A stretch of DNA of 64,000 nucleotides, from contig JAVVRZ010000002.1 in NCBI GenBank assembly GCA_036654455.1, forward strand, positions 264,332-328,331. Direction: 5' to 3'. Below the pieces are notes generated by a model. The model had not been told where the DNA came from. It saw only the letters and a list, made by a program, of their open reading frames with translations, and ran no database searches. Position numbers and translations under genes: made by a program. Below are positions 41,004 to 51,139 of this stretch, piece after piece. Positions within the stretch are counted from its first letter, which is position 1. The number at the start of each line of letters is the position of its first letter. The stretch is from Clostridia bacterium (GTDB lineage Bacteria > Bacillota > Clostridia > Christensenellales > CAG-314).

Positions 41004-43694
41004 ATGAACGAATTAGGCGGAGCAAATAAGAAACAACTTAAACTTTTATTCAAGCAAGTTAAAAAAATTGTCGAGCTAGCAGACAAATACAAGGCTATGA
41101 GCGACTTAGAGCTTTCTAACCAAACCCAAGCGTTAAAGCAACGTTTAAGCAAGGGAGAAACCGAAGACTCTATTCTAGTCGACGCATTTGCCGTTTGCAA
41201 AGAAGCAAGCGCAAGGGTGCTTAATATGCGTCACTTTGACGTTCAATTAGCCGGCGGAATAGCGCTACATCAAGGTCGAATTTGTCAAATGGCAACAGGC
41301 GAGGGCAAGACGCTAGTTGCGACTCTACCTGCTTATCTTAACGCTCTTTCGGGCAAGGGCGTGCATATTGTAACTGTCAACGATTACTTAGCTAAGCGTG
41401 ACGCCGAGTGGATGGGCAAAGTTTATAAGTTTTTAGGTCTTACCGTCGGGGTAATTTACTCTAATCAACGCCACGAAGAAAAAATTAAAGCATATAATTG
41501 CGACATTACCTACGGCACAAACAACGAGTTTGGTTTTGACTATTTAAGAGACAATATGGCAACTTCGCTTGCCCAACGTGTTCAACGCCCCCTCAACTTT
41601 GTAATTGTCGACGAAGTTGACTCAATTCTAATCGACGAAGCTCGTACCCCTTTAATTATTTCGGGGCGTGCTAATAAATCGTCGGATATGTATGTTAAGG
41701 CAAATCGTTTTGTCAAGACACTACAAAAAGGCGTCGACTATGAGATAGACGAAAAAGATAAGGAAGCTCAACTTACCGACGAAGGCATAGCCAAAGCCGA
41801 AAAGTTCTTTGAAGTTTCTAACTTATCCAATATAGACAACACCGAGATTAACCACTTTATCAACAAAGCCTTAAAGGCTCACGCTATAATGAAGCGTGAC
41901 AACAACTATATTGTCGAGGGCGGAAAAGTTATAATTGTCGACGAATTTACCGGTCGCAAAATGATAGGTCGTCGCTATTCGGCAGGGCTACACCAAGCAA
42001 TCGAAGCCAAAGAGAACGTCGCAATTAAAGACGAAGACCGCACGCTTGCAACGATTACCTTCCAGAACTATTTTAGACTATATCGCACTTTGTCGGGTAT
42101 GACAGGAACAGCCAAGACCGAAGAAGGCGAATTTAATTCGATATATAATTTGGACGTTATTGTAATACCTACTAATCTTCCCAATGCGCGCAAAGACTTC
42201 AACGACCAAATTTATTCTACTAGACAAGGCAAATTAAAGAGTTGCGTAGAAGAAATATACGCTCGTCACCAAAAAGGGCAACCATTGCTAATAGGTACTA
42301 TTACGGTAGAAAAGAGCGAAGAGCTTTCGTCTATGCTTTCTAAACGAGGCGTTAAACATAATGTCTTAAACGCAAAGAATCACGCTCGTGAGGCTGAAAT
42401 TGTCGCCCAAGCCGGTAGATTCGGTTCGGTTACAATAGCTACAAATATGGCAGGCAGAGGCACGGATATATTGCTAGGCGGTAATGCCGAATTTTTGGCT
42501 CGTCAAGAAATGGCTCGGCTAGGACACCCCGAAGAAGATATTGAAATAGCTACAAGCTACGCTGACGGCGACGAACACGCCCAAGAAGTTAAGGCTATAT
42601 ATAGAGATTTATACGCTAAATTTAAAGTCGAAACAGATATTGAGAAGTCTAAGGTTATCGAAGTCGGCGGTTTACACATAATCGGCACAGAACGCCACGA
42701 CAGCAGACGTATCGACAACCAGTTGCGTGGCCGTGCAGGCAGACAAGGCGACGTAGGTTCGTCAGTATTTTACATTTCAGCCGAAGACGATATGATGCGT
42801 ATCTTTGGAGGCGAAAAACTTAAAGCAATTCTTCAATTTATGCGTGTAGAAGAAGATCAACCAATAGAGGCTAAGGCATTGTCTAAACAAATAGAAGCGG
42901 CTCAAAGGCGTATCGAGGGCATACACTTTTCTTCAAGAAAGACAGTTTTGCGTTTTGACGACGTAAATAACGTTCAACGTAACACAATCTATCAAGAACG
43001 TAATAAAGTGTTAAACAATCTTGATATTCACGCCGAAATTCTTAAAATGACTCGCAGTTACGCAAGAAAAGCCTTAGAAGACGCTTGCGACGGCAACGAA
43101 AAAGTTCGCACGTGGAACGCAAGTCAAGTAAACGATATTTTAAAAACTAAATATTTTCCAGTCGACCAAGATTTTGTCGACGCCGATATGATTTACGGCT
43201 ATTCCGCTCGTGAAATATTAGATAAGTTAACCAAACTTACCGCCGATATGTTAGAGCAACGAGCCGAGATATTAAAAGAGCAAGAGATTAACTTTTTCGA
43301 CCTAGAACGTTACATTTTACTACGTGTAACCGACGAGAAGTGGATGGACCACTTAGACGCAATGGACGACCTTATGCAGGGCGTAGGGCTACAATCAATA
43401 GGCAGTCACGACCCCTTTGCAGTTTACAAAGAACAAGGTTTCAAGCTGTTTGAAGATTTAATGGACGACATACAATTCTCTACTGTAAGATATTTGTTAT
43501 TTGCCCAAGTCGATAGGTTACAACGGCCTAAGTCCGTTCTTCAAAAAGCTAAAAAGGAACTTGCCGAAGGCGAAAAGCCAAATTTCAACGATTTATGTCC
43601 TTGCGGTAGTGGTTTAAAATATAAAAATTGTTGTGGTTTAGCCGAAGCGCAAAAAGCTAAGCAGGAATGGCGCAAGTCTAAACATAAGGAATAA
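41004..43694 (+). CDS. secA: Preprotein translocase ATPase SecA
   Basis: 896 aa with motifs MATGEGKTLV, VDEVDSILIDEARTPLIIS, RGRAGRQGD and the C-terminal zinc motif CPCGSGLKYKNCCG. Confidence 0.93.
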   Translation: MNELGGANKKQLKLLFKQVKKIVELADKYKAMSDLELSNQTQALKQRLSKGETEDSILVDAFAVCKEASARVLNMRHFDVQLAGGIALHQGRICQMATGEGKTLVATLPAYLNALSGKGVHIVTVNDYLAKRDAEWMGKVYKFLGLTVGVIYSNQRHEEKIKAYNCDITYGTNNEFGFDYLRDNMATSLAQRVQRPLNFVIVDEVDSILIDEARTPLIISGRANKSSDMYVKANRFVKTLQKGVDYEIDEKDKEAQLTDEGIAKAEKFFEVSNLSNIDNTEINHFINKALKAHAIMKRDNNYIVEGGKVIIVDEFTGRKMIGRRYSAGLHQAIEAKENVAIKDEDRTLATITFQNYFRLYRTLSGMTGTAKTEEGEFNSIYNLDVIVIPTNLPNARKDFNDQIYSTRQGKLKSCVEEIYARHQKGQPLLIGTITVEKSEELSSMLSKRGVKHNVLNAKNHAREAEIVAQAGRFGSVTIATNMAGRGTDILLGGNAEFLARQEMARLGHPEEDIEIATSYADGDEHAQEVKAIYRDLYAKFKVETDIEKSKVIEVGGLHIIGTERHDSRRIDNQLRGRAGRQGDVGSSVFYISAEDDMMRIFGGEKLKAILQFMRVEEDQPIEAKALSKQIEAAQRRIEGIHFSSRKTVLRFDDVNNVQRNTIYQERNKVLNNLDIHAEILKMTRSYARKALEDACDGNEKVRTWNASQVNDILKTKYFPVDQDFVDADMIYGYSAREILDKLTKLTADMLEQRAEILKEQEINFFDLERYILLRVTDEKWMDHLDAMDDLMQGVGLQSIGSHDPFAVYKEQGFKLFEDLMDDIQFSTVRYLLFAQVDRLQRPKSVLQKAKKELAEGEKPNFNDLCPCGSGLKYKNCCGLAEAQKAKQEWRKSKHKE

Positions 43695-43853
43695 TCAAAG
43701 CGACCCTTACTTTAAAGATAGAAAGTAGGTAGCAAGCAATATATTTTACTAATAGGCTAATTACCCAGTAGCGGTTTATTTAGCGACAACTCTGCCAAAT
43801 ATTAGTAAGGCAAACAAATCATTTAAATTTTTAAACAAAAGGGGTGACGATAA

Positions 43854-44946
43854 GTGTTTATCATTGAAGATATTAAAAAATTTTGCAAAGATTTACTTAA
43901 AAAACTTAACGGCGTAGGTGATTCACTTTGACTTGCCAAATAAACATAAGCAACTCGAAGAACTTAAACTTTCTCAGCAATCGCCAACTTTTTGGGACGA
44001 CGTAGATAAAGCTACTGCAATTTCTCAACAAGCTAAACAAATACAAGAGCAATTATTAACTTTTACAAATTTGCTCAAACACTTGCAATCAATCGCCGAA
44101 TTGCTTACTCTTGTAGACGACCAGGCTACGCTACAAGAATTATCCGCCGAACTTGACCAGTGTTATAATTCGGTTCAACACTTAGAAGTGCAGACTCTTT
44201 TAAGCGGTGAGTATGACGCAAACGACGCAATTTGTACCTTACACGCAGGCGCAGGCGGTACGGAAGCGCAAGACTGGGTTGAGATGTTATTTCGTATGTA
44301 CAGCCGTTACGTCGAACGAAGCGAGTTTAGTATGGTTGTATTAGATAGGCTTGACGGCGAAGAAGCCGGCATAAAGAGCATAACTTTCCAAGTGCAAGGT
44401 CCTTACGCTTACGGCTACCTTAAAGCCGAAAAAGGCGTGCATAGATTAGTTAGAATTTCGCCTTTCGATAGCAATAGTCGCAGGCATACTTCGTTTGCCT
44501 CGCTTGAAGTTATTCCTAAAATTAACGACGAACAAGAATTTCAAATAGACGAAAAAGAACTTCGCATTGATACTTACCGCAGTAGCGGAGCGGGCGGACA
44601 ACACGTTAACAAGACAGATTCGGCAATAAGAATTACCCATATACCCACAAATATTGTTGTGGCTTGCCAAAACGAGCGTTCGCAGGTGCAAAATAGAGAA
44701 AAAGCAATGGAAATGCTTAAAGGAAAATTAATCGAACTTAAAGAACGGCTTAGAGAACAGCAACTTAGCTCGATTAAAGGCGAAGTTAAGCGTATTGAGT
44801 GGGGCAGTCAAATTCGCTCTTATGTCTTTATGCCCTACACCTTAGTTAAGGACCATCGCACAGGATACGAGAATACTAATATCAACCAAGTGATGGACGG
44901 GGATATTCAAGGCTTTATCGAAGATTATTTATATAAGGCGTACTAG
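43854..44946 (+). CDS. prfB: Peptide chain release factor 2, with a programmed +1 frameshift at 43926-43932
   Basis: Frame 0 starts at GTG 43854 (SD GGGGTGA) and encodes MFIIEDIKKFCKDLLKKLNGVGDSL, ending at CTT TGA C with the SD-like GGTGAT 3 nt upstream. The +1 frame continues DLPNKHKQLEEL... and contains the SPF and GGQ motifs. Confidence 0.88.
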
Positions 44947-44979
44947 ACCTTTTAGGGGCAATTTGCTAAGGACATTTTA

Positions 44980-46029
44980 ATGAATAAAGATTTAACAGTT
45001 TTAGGCATAGAGACTTCTTGCGACGAAACTTCGGCTTCGGTAGTCGTAAACGGCAGAAAAGTACTTTCTTGCGTAATTGAGTCGCAAATTAATATTCACC
45101 GCATTTTTGGCGGAGTCGTACCCGAAGTAGCTAGTAGAAATCACGTAGAAGCAATCGACCGAGTGGTTAAACTTGCTCTTAAAGAGGCAAATCTAACTCT
45201 ACAAGACATAGACCTAATAGGCGTGACTTATGGCGCAGGCTTAGTAGGCGCTTTGCTTGTCGGCGTTTCTTACGCTAAGAGTTTGTCGCAAGCAAGCAAT
45301 ATTCCATTAATTGCAGTTAATCATATCGAAGGGCATTGTTGCGCAAATTACATTACGCATAGCGAGCTTACTCCGCCTTTTATTAGTCTAATGGTTTCGG
45401 GCGGACATACGGCGATAAGTCTTGTTGAAGATTATTTAACTTATACAACGCTTAGTTCAACCGTAGACGACGCAATAGGCGAAGCGTTTGACAAGGTCGC
45501 AAGGCTACTAGGGTTGCCTTATCCGGGCGGGCCGGAGATAGATAGGCTTGCTAAGCTAGGTTCAAATGTTCTACCTTTTCCAAGTATTTTACTTAGTAAC
45601 TTTAACTTTTCTTACAGCGGTATCAAGACTGCCGTAGCTAACTATATAAATAATTCCTTGTCAAGGGGCTTAGAGCCTTCTAGCCAAGACATTTGCGCCA
45701 GTTTTACTTTTAACGCAATTGACGGGCTAATTACTGCGGTAACCCACTTTGCAAAACTTTATAATTTAAACAAAATCGCTTTTTCGGGCGGTGTTTCGGC
45801 AAATAGTTATTTAAGAAGTCGGGCGCAAGAGCTAGCTAAACAAGGCTATTTAATCTATCTACCCGAATTAAAATATTGTACCGATAACGGCGCAATGATA
45901 GCGTCAAGAGCCTACTTTCAATATGTCGCAGGCGGTCAAACAGCCGAGCTTACTTTAAACGCCGAGCCGACATTAAAGTTAAGGGGCGAGATAAGCAAAA
46001 AGATACAGCGTAATAAAATCTCCAAGTAA
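44980..46029 (+). CDS. tsaD: tRNA N6-adenosine threonylcarbamoyltransferase
   Basis: 349 aa with motifs VLGIETSCDETS, HIEGH, SGGVSAN. Confidence 0.9.
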   Translation: MNKDLTVLGIETSCDETSASVVVNGRKVLSCVIESQINIHRIFGGVVPEVASRNHVEAIDRVVKLALKEANLTLQDIDLIGVTYGAGLVGALLVGVSYAKSLSQASNIPLIAVNHIEGHCCANYITHSELTPPFISLMVSGGHTAISLVEDYLTYTTLSSTVDDAIGEAFDKVARLLGLPYPGGPEIDRLAKLGSNVLPFPSILLSNFNFSYSGIKTAVANYINNSLSRGLEPSSQDICASFTFNAIDGLITAVTHFAKLYNLNKIAFSGGVSANSYLRSRAQELAKQGYLIYLPELKYCTDNGAMIASRAYFQYVAGGQTAELTLNAEPTLKLRGEISKKIQRNKISK

Positions 46030-46083
46030 GCTCTTTTTGCATTAAAACAAAATAATTAAAATATATTTTAAGGAGTTATACTT

Positions 46084-46683
46084 ATGAAAACATTTTTATT
46101 TGGTAACGCTAAGGGCAAGACGGAAATAATCGTGCGCATTGCAATTATGATGGCGCTAACCGTACTTATGCAATTTGTCACAGGCTTTGCCAAGATTCAA
46201 TTACTTACGGGCAGTTTCGTCAACTTATTTTTATTTCTTTCTGTAATGCTTACAGGCTTAGTTGGAGGTTTATGCGTTGGCGTAGTTACGCCTTTTATTG
46301 CGCTTGCATTTGGTCTTAACCCCAACATCTTGCTTGTGCCTTTTATTGCGCTTGCTAACGGAATTATGACGGCGACATTTGCTCTTGTATGCAAATTATT
46401 AAAGGTCGAATCTCGTGAAATAGGTTGGCAGATTGCAATCGTAGCTTTGGCTATTGTTTTGGGCGCAACGCTAAAATTCTTATTTATGTACTTTGTTTGC
46501 GTAAAGCTAATTTTCCCGTTATTTATGGCTGATAAGATGTTGAAGGCTGTTTCGGTAGCCTTTGGCGTAACGCAACTATTTACGGCTTTAATAGGCGGAC
46601 TAGTAGCTACTATGTTAGTCTATCCGTTAAAAAGAGCTAAGCTTTTATTTAGCCCGGCTCAACCCCAAGAGCAAAACTTATAA
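46084..46683 (+). CDS. Small polytopic membrane protein, ECF-transporter S-component-like (substrate unknown)
   Basis: 199 aa with about 5-6 TMs and a composition and size typical of ECF S components. No riboswitch upstream. SD AAGGAG. Confidence 0.4.
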   Translation: MKTFLFGNAKGKTEIIVRIAIMMALTVLMQFVTGFAKIQLLTGSFVNLFLFLSVMLTGLVGGLCVGVVTPFIALAFGLNPNILLVPFIALANGIMTATFALVCKLLKVESREIGWQIAIVALAIVLGATLKFLFMYFVCVKLIFPLFMADKMLKAVSVAFGVTQLFTALIGGLVATMLVYPLKRAKLLFSPAQPQEQNL

Positions 46684-46761
46684 TATTTAGGCAATTATTT
46701 AAATAACTAAATAAATCAATATATTTTACTAAAATACAAGCAACGCTAAAAAGGACGGCTA

Positions 46762-49107
46762 ATGAGACAAATCTCAAATATCGAATGTATTAAGGCAAGT
46801 AGCGTTCAAGGGTTAACCGACAGTCAAGTTGCGCAAAGAGTAAGCGCAGGCGAAACAAACGTAGTTAAGCGGACTGTCGGCAAATCTTACTGGGCAATAA
46901 TTGTTGACAATATCTTAACAATTTTTAATCTAATAGGGCTTATAGTTTTTATTCTTATGATTATTTCTAAGAATTGGGGTAACGCCTTTTTCTATGTAAT
47001 AATTCTCGCTAATACTTTAATCGGCGTAGGTCAAGAAATTAAGGCAAAACTTGCGGTAAATAAGTTGTCTTTGCTTGTTTCGCCTACTATTACAGTGGTA
47101 AGAAACGGGCAAGAACAATTAATTTCCTTGTCTTCTCTTGTGCTTGACGACGTTATTGTTTTGTCGTCGGGCAAGCAAATACCAGCCGACTGCGTTGTAA
47201 TTTCGGGTAGCGTCGAGGTTAACGAAGCTATGCTTACGGGCGAATCGCTACCTATTAGCAAAAGTATAGACGACTCTTTAATGTCGGGCAGTTTCATTAT
47301 GGCAGGCGTTTGTCACGCAAGGGTCGAACACGTTGGCAAACATAATTATGTCGAACAACTTGCTAGTCAGGCAAAGAAATTTAAAAAAACTAAAAGCGAA
47401 CTAATGGTTTCGATATCAAGAATTATTAAAGTAATAGCTATTCTAACTCCGCTTTTTGGAATAGGCACTTTTTTAGTATCTTATATTAAATTTGGCAATG
47501 CTTGGCAAGACGCTATTGCAGTAGCTAGCGGTTCGGTAATTGGTATGATTCCTGCCGGCATGGTATTGCTAACTTCGGTTACGCTTGCCGTTTCGGTTAT
47601 AAAAATGGCGAGAAAGAAGGCGTGGGTTAAAGACCTATACAGTATAGAAACGCTTGCTAGGGTAAATTGTTTGTGTCTAGATAAGACCGGCACAATTACC
47701 GACGGAACAATGAGCGTCGAACAATTTATTCCTCTTGTAGATAACCCAAGTTTATTTAGCTATGTTTCTACCTTGCTTTCGGCTACAATGGACTCTAACG
47801 ATACCGCAAAGGCTCTACGTAGACATTTTAACGATACGGCTTTGCCCTTTACTTCGGCAATGCCTTTTTCAAGCGACCGCAAATATTCTTCCGTTACGAT
47901 TGAAGGCGTAGGTCAAGTGTTGTTAGGCGCTCCCGAGTTTATTTTACAAGATATTAGCGACGAACTCTCGTCTCAACTTGCTAGTTTTACTTCGCTAGGG
48001 TTGCGAGTCCTTGTCGTTGCAATCAAGCAAGATAATTCTAGTGAAGTTGCAGTTCAAGGGATAATTACTCTTTTGGACAATATTCGTCCCGACGCCCAAG
48101 AAATTATACAGTGGTTTTACGACAATTCGGTAGACGTTAAGATTATTTCGGGCGACAACGCTCAAACTGTTTCTATAATAGCCGGCAAGGTCGGCGTAGT
48201 AGGGGCGGAAAAGTATATTTCTCTTGACGGGTTGACCGATGCGGAAGTTTGTGATATGGCGACAAAATATACTGTTTTTGGTAGAGTTAAGCCTCACCAA
48301 AAAGCTTTGCTAATCTCAACTCTTAAAAAATTTGGATTGACCGTCGCAATGACAGGTGACGGCGTTAACGATATTTTGGCTATGAAACAAGCCGATTGCG
48401 CAATTTCAGTAGCAAGCGGTAGCGAAGCTTCGCATAGCGTTGCCCATATAATTTTAATGGACAATAAATTTTCCTCTTTGCCAAAAATTGTCAGCGAGGG
48501 TAGGCAAGTAGTTAATAATATTCAAAATAGTTCGGCGTTATTTTTAATGAAGACCGTAATGACGCTAATCGTTACGTTATTTACCCTTGTTTTGGGTATC
48601 AATTATCCGTTTGAACCAATGCACCTATACGTAGTAGACTTTTGCGTTATAGGTATTCCTGCATTTTTCCTAGCGCTAAGACCGAATAAGAACCTTATTC
48701 GGGGCAAATTTTTAACAAATACGCTGTATTCTACTCTTCCAAAGGGAATAGCTTTGGGGCTAAGCGTAATAGGCGTATATGCTTTTAACTTTATATTTAA
48801 CTTTGACCACGATTCAATAACTACGACGGCTATGCTAGCTATGTCTTATTCGGGAGCGATAGGGTTGTTTGCTTTATGCCGTCCGTTTAACTTAGTCAAT
48901 CTTGCCGTTGCGGTAATTAGTCTAGTTGCAATGACATTTTACTTTTTAGCGTTTGACTATGTATTTGAGAATTTTATCAAGGGCTTTGACGAAACTATGC
49001 TTTTTTATGTAGTATGTAGCGTATTAGTTTCGGCGGTAATAATTGTAGTAGGCAATATAGTAACCAAAAAATTAAAAAGAAGAGGTATGATACATGGAAC
49101 AACTTAA
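46762..49107 (+). CDS. Cation-translocating P-type ATPase (HAD superfamily, type II-like)
   Basis: 781 aa with motifs TGES (MLTGESLP), the phosphorylation site CLDKTGTITDG and the hinge MTGDGVNDILAMKQAD. Confidence 0.88.
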   Translation: MRQISNIECIKASSVQGLTDSQVAQRVSAGETNVVKRTVGKSYWAIIVDNILTIFNLIGLIVFILMIISKNWGNAFFYVIILANTLIGVGQEIKAKLAVNKLSLLVSPTITVVRNGQEQLISLSSLVLDDVIVLSSGKQIPADCVVISGSVEVNEAMLTGESLPISKSIDDSLMSGSFIMAGVCHARVEHVGKHNYVEQLASQAKKFKKTKSELMVSISRIIKVIAILTPLFGIGTFLVSYIKFGNAWQDAIAVASGSVIGMIPAGMVLLTSVTLAVSVIKMARKKAWVKDLYSIETLARVNCLCLDKTGTITDGTMSVEQFIPLVDNPSLFSYVSTLLSATMDSNDTAKALRRHFNDTALPFTSAMPFSSDRKYSSVTIEGVGQVLLGAPEFILQDISDELSSQLASFTSLGLRVLVVAIKQDNSSEVAVQGIITLLDNIRPDAQEIIQWFYDNSVDVKIISGDNAQTVSIIAGKVGVVGAEKYISLDGLTDAEVCDMATKYTVFGRVKPHQKALLISTLKKFGLTVAMTGDGVNDILAMKQADCAISVASGSEASHSVAHIILMDNKFSSLPKIVSEGRQVVNNIQNSSALFLMKTVMTLIVTLFTLVLGINYPFEPMHLYVVDFCVIGIPAFFLALRPNKNLIRGKFLTNTLYSTLPKGIALGLSVIGVYAFNFIFNFDHDSITTTAMLAMSYSGAIGLFALCRPFNLVNLAVAVISLVAMTFYFLAFDYVFENFIKGFDETMLFYVVCSVLVSAVIIVVGNIVTKKLKRRGMIHGTT

Positions 49108-50587
49108 ATTTTTTAGACAACAAGTAGCAAAAATTAAAGCGTTAGAATTTTATAGTTTTCTTGAAGGTTGGGACGCTCAAACCGAAGCGCCTAAGGGTTG
49201 CTTCGAGCAACGCTCTAAGTATATTGGCATACTTACCGATATGCTTTATTCTTTAAGCGTAGACCCGGAATATGTTGACTGCGTAACTTACTTGTCAACT
49301 TGTGACGAACTTGACGACAACACTAAGCGTGAAGTTAAATTAGTAGCCAAAAATATAATAAATATGCAAAAATTGCCCAAAGACGAGTATATTCAATACG
49401 TTCAATCTTTAAGCGTAATACAGAGCAAATATTTCGAGTGTAAGACGGCAAACGACTATTTGACCTTTGCGCCTTACCTAGCTCAAATTTTTGATTGGCA
49501 AAAAAAGTATTGCAAGTACTTAGCTACCGATAAACTTAACGGTTACGACGTTTTGCTTAACGACTATGAAGAAGGGCTAACTCAAAAAGAATATGATGGT
49601 TTCTTTAACGCTTTAAAGACAAGACTTATTCCTTTTGTCAAAAAAGTTCTCGCCAAAAAAATTGACGCTAACACCGAATTTTTATACAAATCTTACCCAA
49701 TAGATAAACAAAGGGAGTTTGTCGAATATATTCGCAAGGTTATGTGTTACGACCCTAATCACAGCGTAATAAAAGAAAGCGAACACCCTTTTACAAGCGG
49801 AGTAGATAGCGACGACGTAAGAGTAACCATTCACTACTATGAGAATAACTTTGTGTCTTCAATTTTTTCGGCAATTCACGAGATGGGACACGCAACTTAT
49901 GAAAGGCAGGTTGACCCTAGTTTGATTGACACTTTGCTTAGCGGAGGTTCTTCAATGGGCGTCCACGAGTCGCAAAGTAGATTTTACGAGAATATTATCG
50001 GGCGTAGCGAAATTTTTTGGCAAACGCATTTTCCAAAGTTGAAGGAACTTTTTCCAACTCAACTTGCAAACGTTACGGCGCAAGATATGTTTAGGGGTGT
50101 AAATATAGCTAGCGCAAGTTTGATAAGAACTGAGGCGGACGAGCTAACCTATTGCTTACATATAATGTTGCGTTACGACTTAGAAAAGCTCTTGATAAAT
50201 GGCGAACTTACAGTAGACGAATTACCTAAAATGTGGAATAGTCTGGTAAAAGAATACTTAGGCATTGAGGTAACAAGCGATAAAGAAGGCCTTCTTCAAG
50301 ACGTTCACTGGCCATCGGGTTCGGTTGGCTATTTCCCAACCTACGCTTTGGGTTCGGCAATATCGGCTCAACTTTATCATAAAATGAGGCAAGAAATAGA
50401 CGTAGACCAAGCTATCGCTTCGGGCAATCTTGCCGTAATTAACGCTTATTTAGCCGATAAAGTACATAAATTTGGTAAGTCAAGAAATACCGAAGAAATT
50501 TTGCTTTATGCAACCGAAGAAAAATTTAACCCTACGTACTTTATAGATTATTTAATTGAGAAGTATAGTAAAATTTATAATATTTAA
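49094..50587 (+). CDS. Carboxypeptidase M32 (Taq-type metallocarboxypeptidase)
   Basis: 497 aa with motifs HPFT, DVRVT, HEMGHATYE (HExxH), HESQSRFYEN, IRTEADELTY, GLLQDVHW. Overlaps the ATPase gene by 14 nt. Confidence 0.88.
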   Translation: MEQLKFFRQQVAKIKALEFYSFLEGWDAQTEAPKGCFEQRSKYIGILTDMLYSLSVDPEYVDCVTYLSTCDELDDNTKREVKLVAKNIINMQKLPKDEYIQYVQSLSVIQSKYFECKTANDYLTFAPYLAQIFDWQKKYCKYLATDKLNGYDVLLNDYEEGLTQKEYDGFFNALKTRLIPFVKKVLAKKIDANTEFLYKSYPIDKQREFVEYIRKVMCYDPNHSVIKESEHPFTSGVDSDDVRVTIHYYENNFVSSIFSAIHEMGHATYERQVDPSLIDTLLSGGSSMGVHESQSRFYENIIGRSEIFWQTHFPKLKELFPTQLANVTAQDMFRGVNIASASLIRTEADELTYCLHIMLRYDLEKLLINGELTVDELPKMWNSLVKEYLGIEVTSDKEGLLQDVHWPSGSVGYFPTYALGSAISAQLYHKMRQEIDVDQAIASGNLAVINAYLADKVHKFGKSRNTEEILLYATEEKFNPTYFIDYLIEKYSKIYNI

Positions 50588-50623
50588 ATTAAAGAAATAT
50601 AAATTATATTTAGTATGTTTAAT

Positions 50624-50663
50624 AAAAAAAATAGAGCTTAGTTTAATATAAGCTCTATTTTTT
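50624..50663. terminator. Bidirectional rho-independent terminator between convergent genes
   Basis: ATAGAGCTTA (50631-50640) pairs with TAAGCTCTAT (50649-50658). There is an A-run to the left and a T-run to the right. Confidence 0.8.
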
Positions 50664-50693
50664 AGACAGCTAATTTTTAAAAGTTACGTTTGA

Positions 50694-50957
50694 TTATTTA
50701 GCCAATTCTTGTTTGTACGCTGAAATAATTATTTCGGATAATCCCTTGCGTGCATCAACCGTAATTGGGTGCGCTATGTCTTTGTATTCGCCGTCCTTTG
50801 CCTTTCTACTCGGCATAGCGACAAATAAATTCTCTTTGCCTTCGATTACCTTTATATCATGTATTACAAAGTAGTCTTCAATGGTAATAGATGCAACAGC
50901 TCTTAGCTTAGTATCCTCTTTGTCTACTATGCGTACTCTAACATCTGTAATTTTCAT
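50694..50957 (-). CDS. spoVG: Septation/regulatory protein SpoVG
   Basis: 87 aa, MKITDVRVRIV...RAVASITIEDYFVIHDIKVIEG...FVAMPSRK...DIAHPI. SD AGGAGA. Confidence 0.92.
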   Translation of the reverse strand: MKITDVRVRIVDKEDTKLRAVASITIEDYFVIHDIKVIEGKENLFVAMPSRKAKDGEYKDIAHPITVDARKGLSEIIISAYKQELAK

Positions 50958-50987
50958 TTTTATCTCCTATACTTTTACTGTTAGTAC

Positions 50988-51016
50988 ATTATAAGAAAGT
51001 TTTTGTGATATTGCAA
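50988..51016 (-). promoter_or_regulatory. spoVG promoter
   Basis: On the minus strand: TTGCAA (51016-51011), 17-nt spacer, TATAAT (50993-50988). Confidence 0.6.
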
Positions 51017-51021
51017 TACTT

Positions 51022-51060
51022 TTTGTAAAAGTTTTTCATTTATTTGTAAAGTTTTTTCAT
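51022..51060. repeat. Two 18-nt direct repeats with 21-nt phasing immediately upstream of the spoVG -35
   Basis: TTTGTAAAAGTTTTTCAT (51022-51039) and TTTGTAAAGTTTTTTCAT (51043-51060). Confidence 0.7.
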
Positions 51061-51139
51061 ATTTAGTCGATTTTTGAAGAATTTAAATAAAATATATCTT
51101 TTATACATACATAGCGGTTGCTTAATCATACAATTTAAT

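Noticed and set aside
51074-51139. N-terminal extensions implied by ORF-track starts (murC 51074, gyrB 15202, ychF 31328, pilins 58046/58626, GPH 30076, collagen-like 34481)
   Set aside because: The murC, gyrB, ychF, pilin and collagen-like track starts are TTG/GTG codons; the GPH start at 30076 I did not check. None has an RBS. Internal ATGs have canonical SDs (except murC) and give N-termini matching the protein families.
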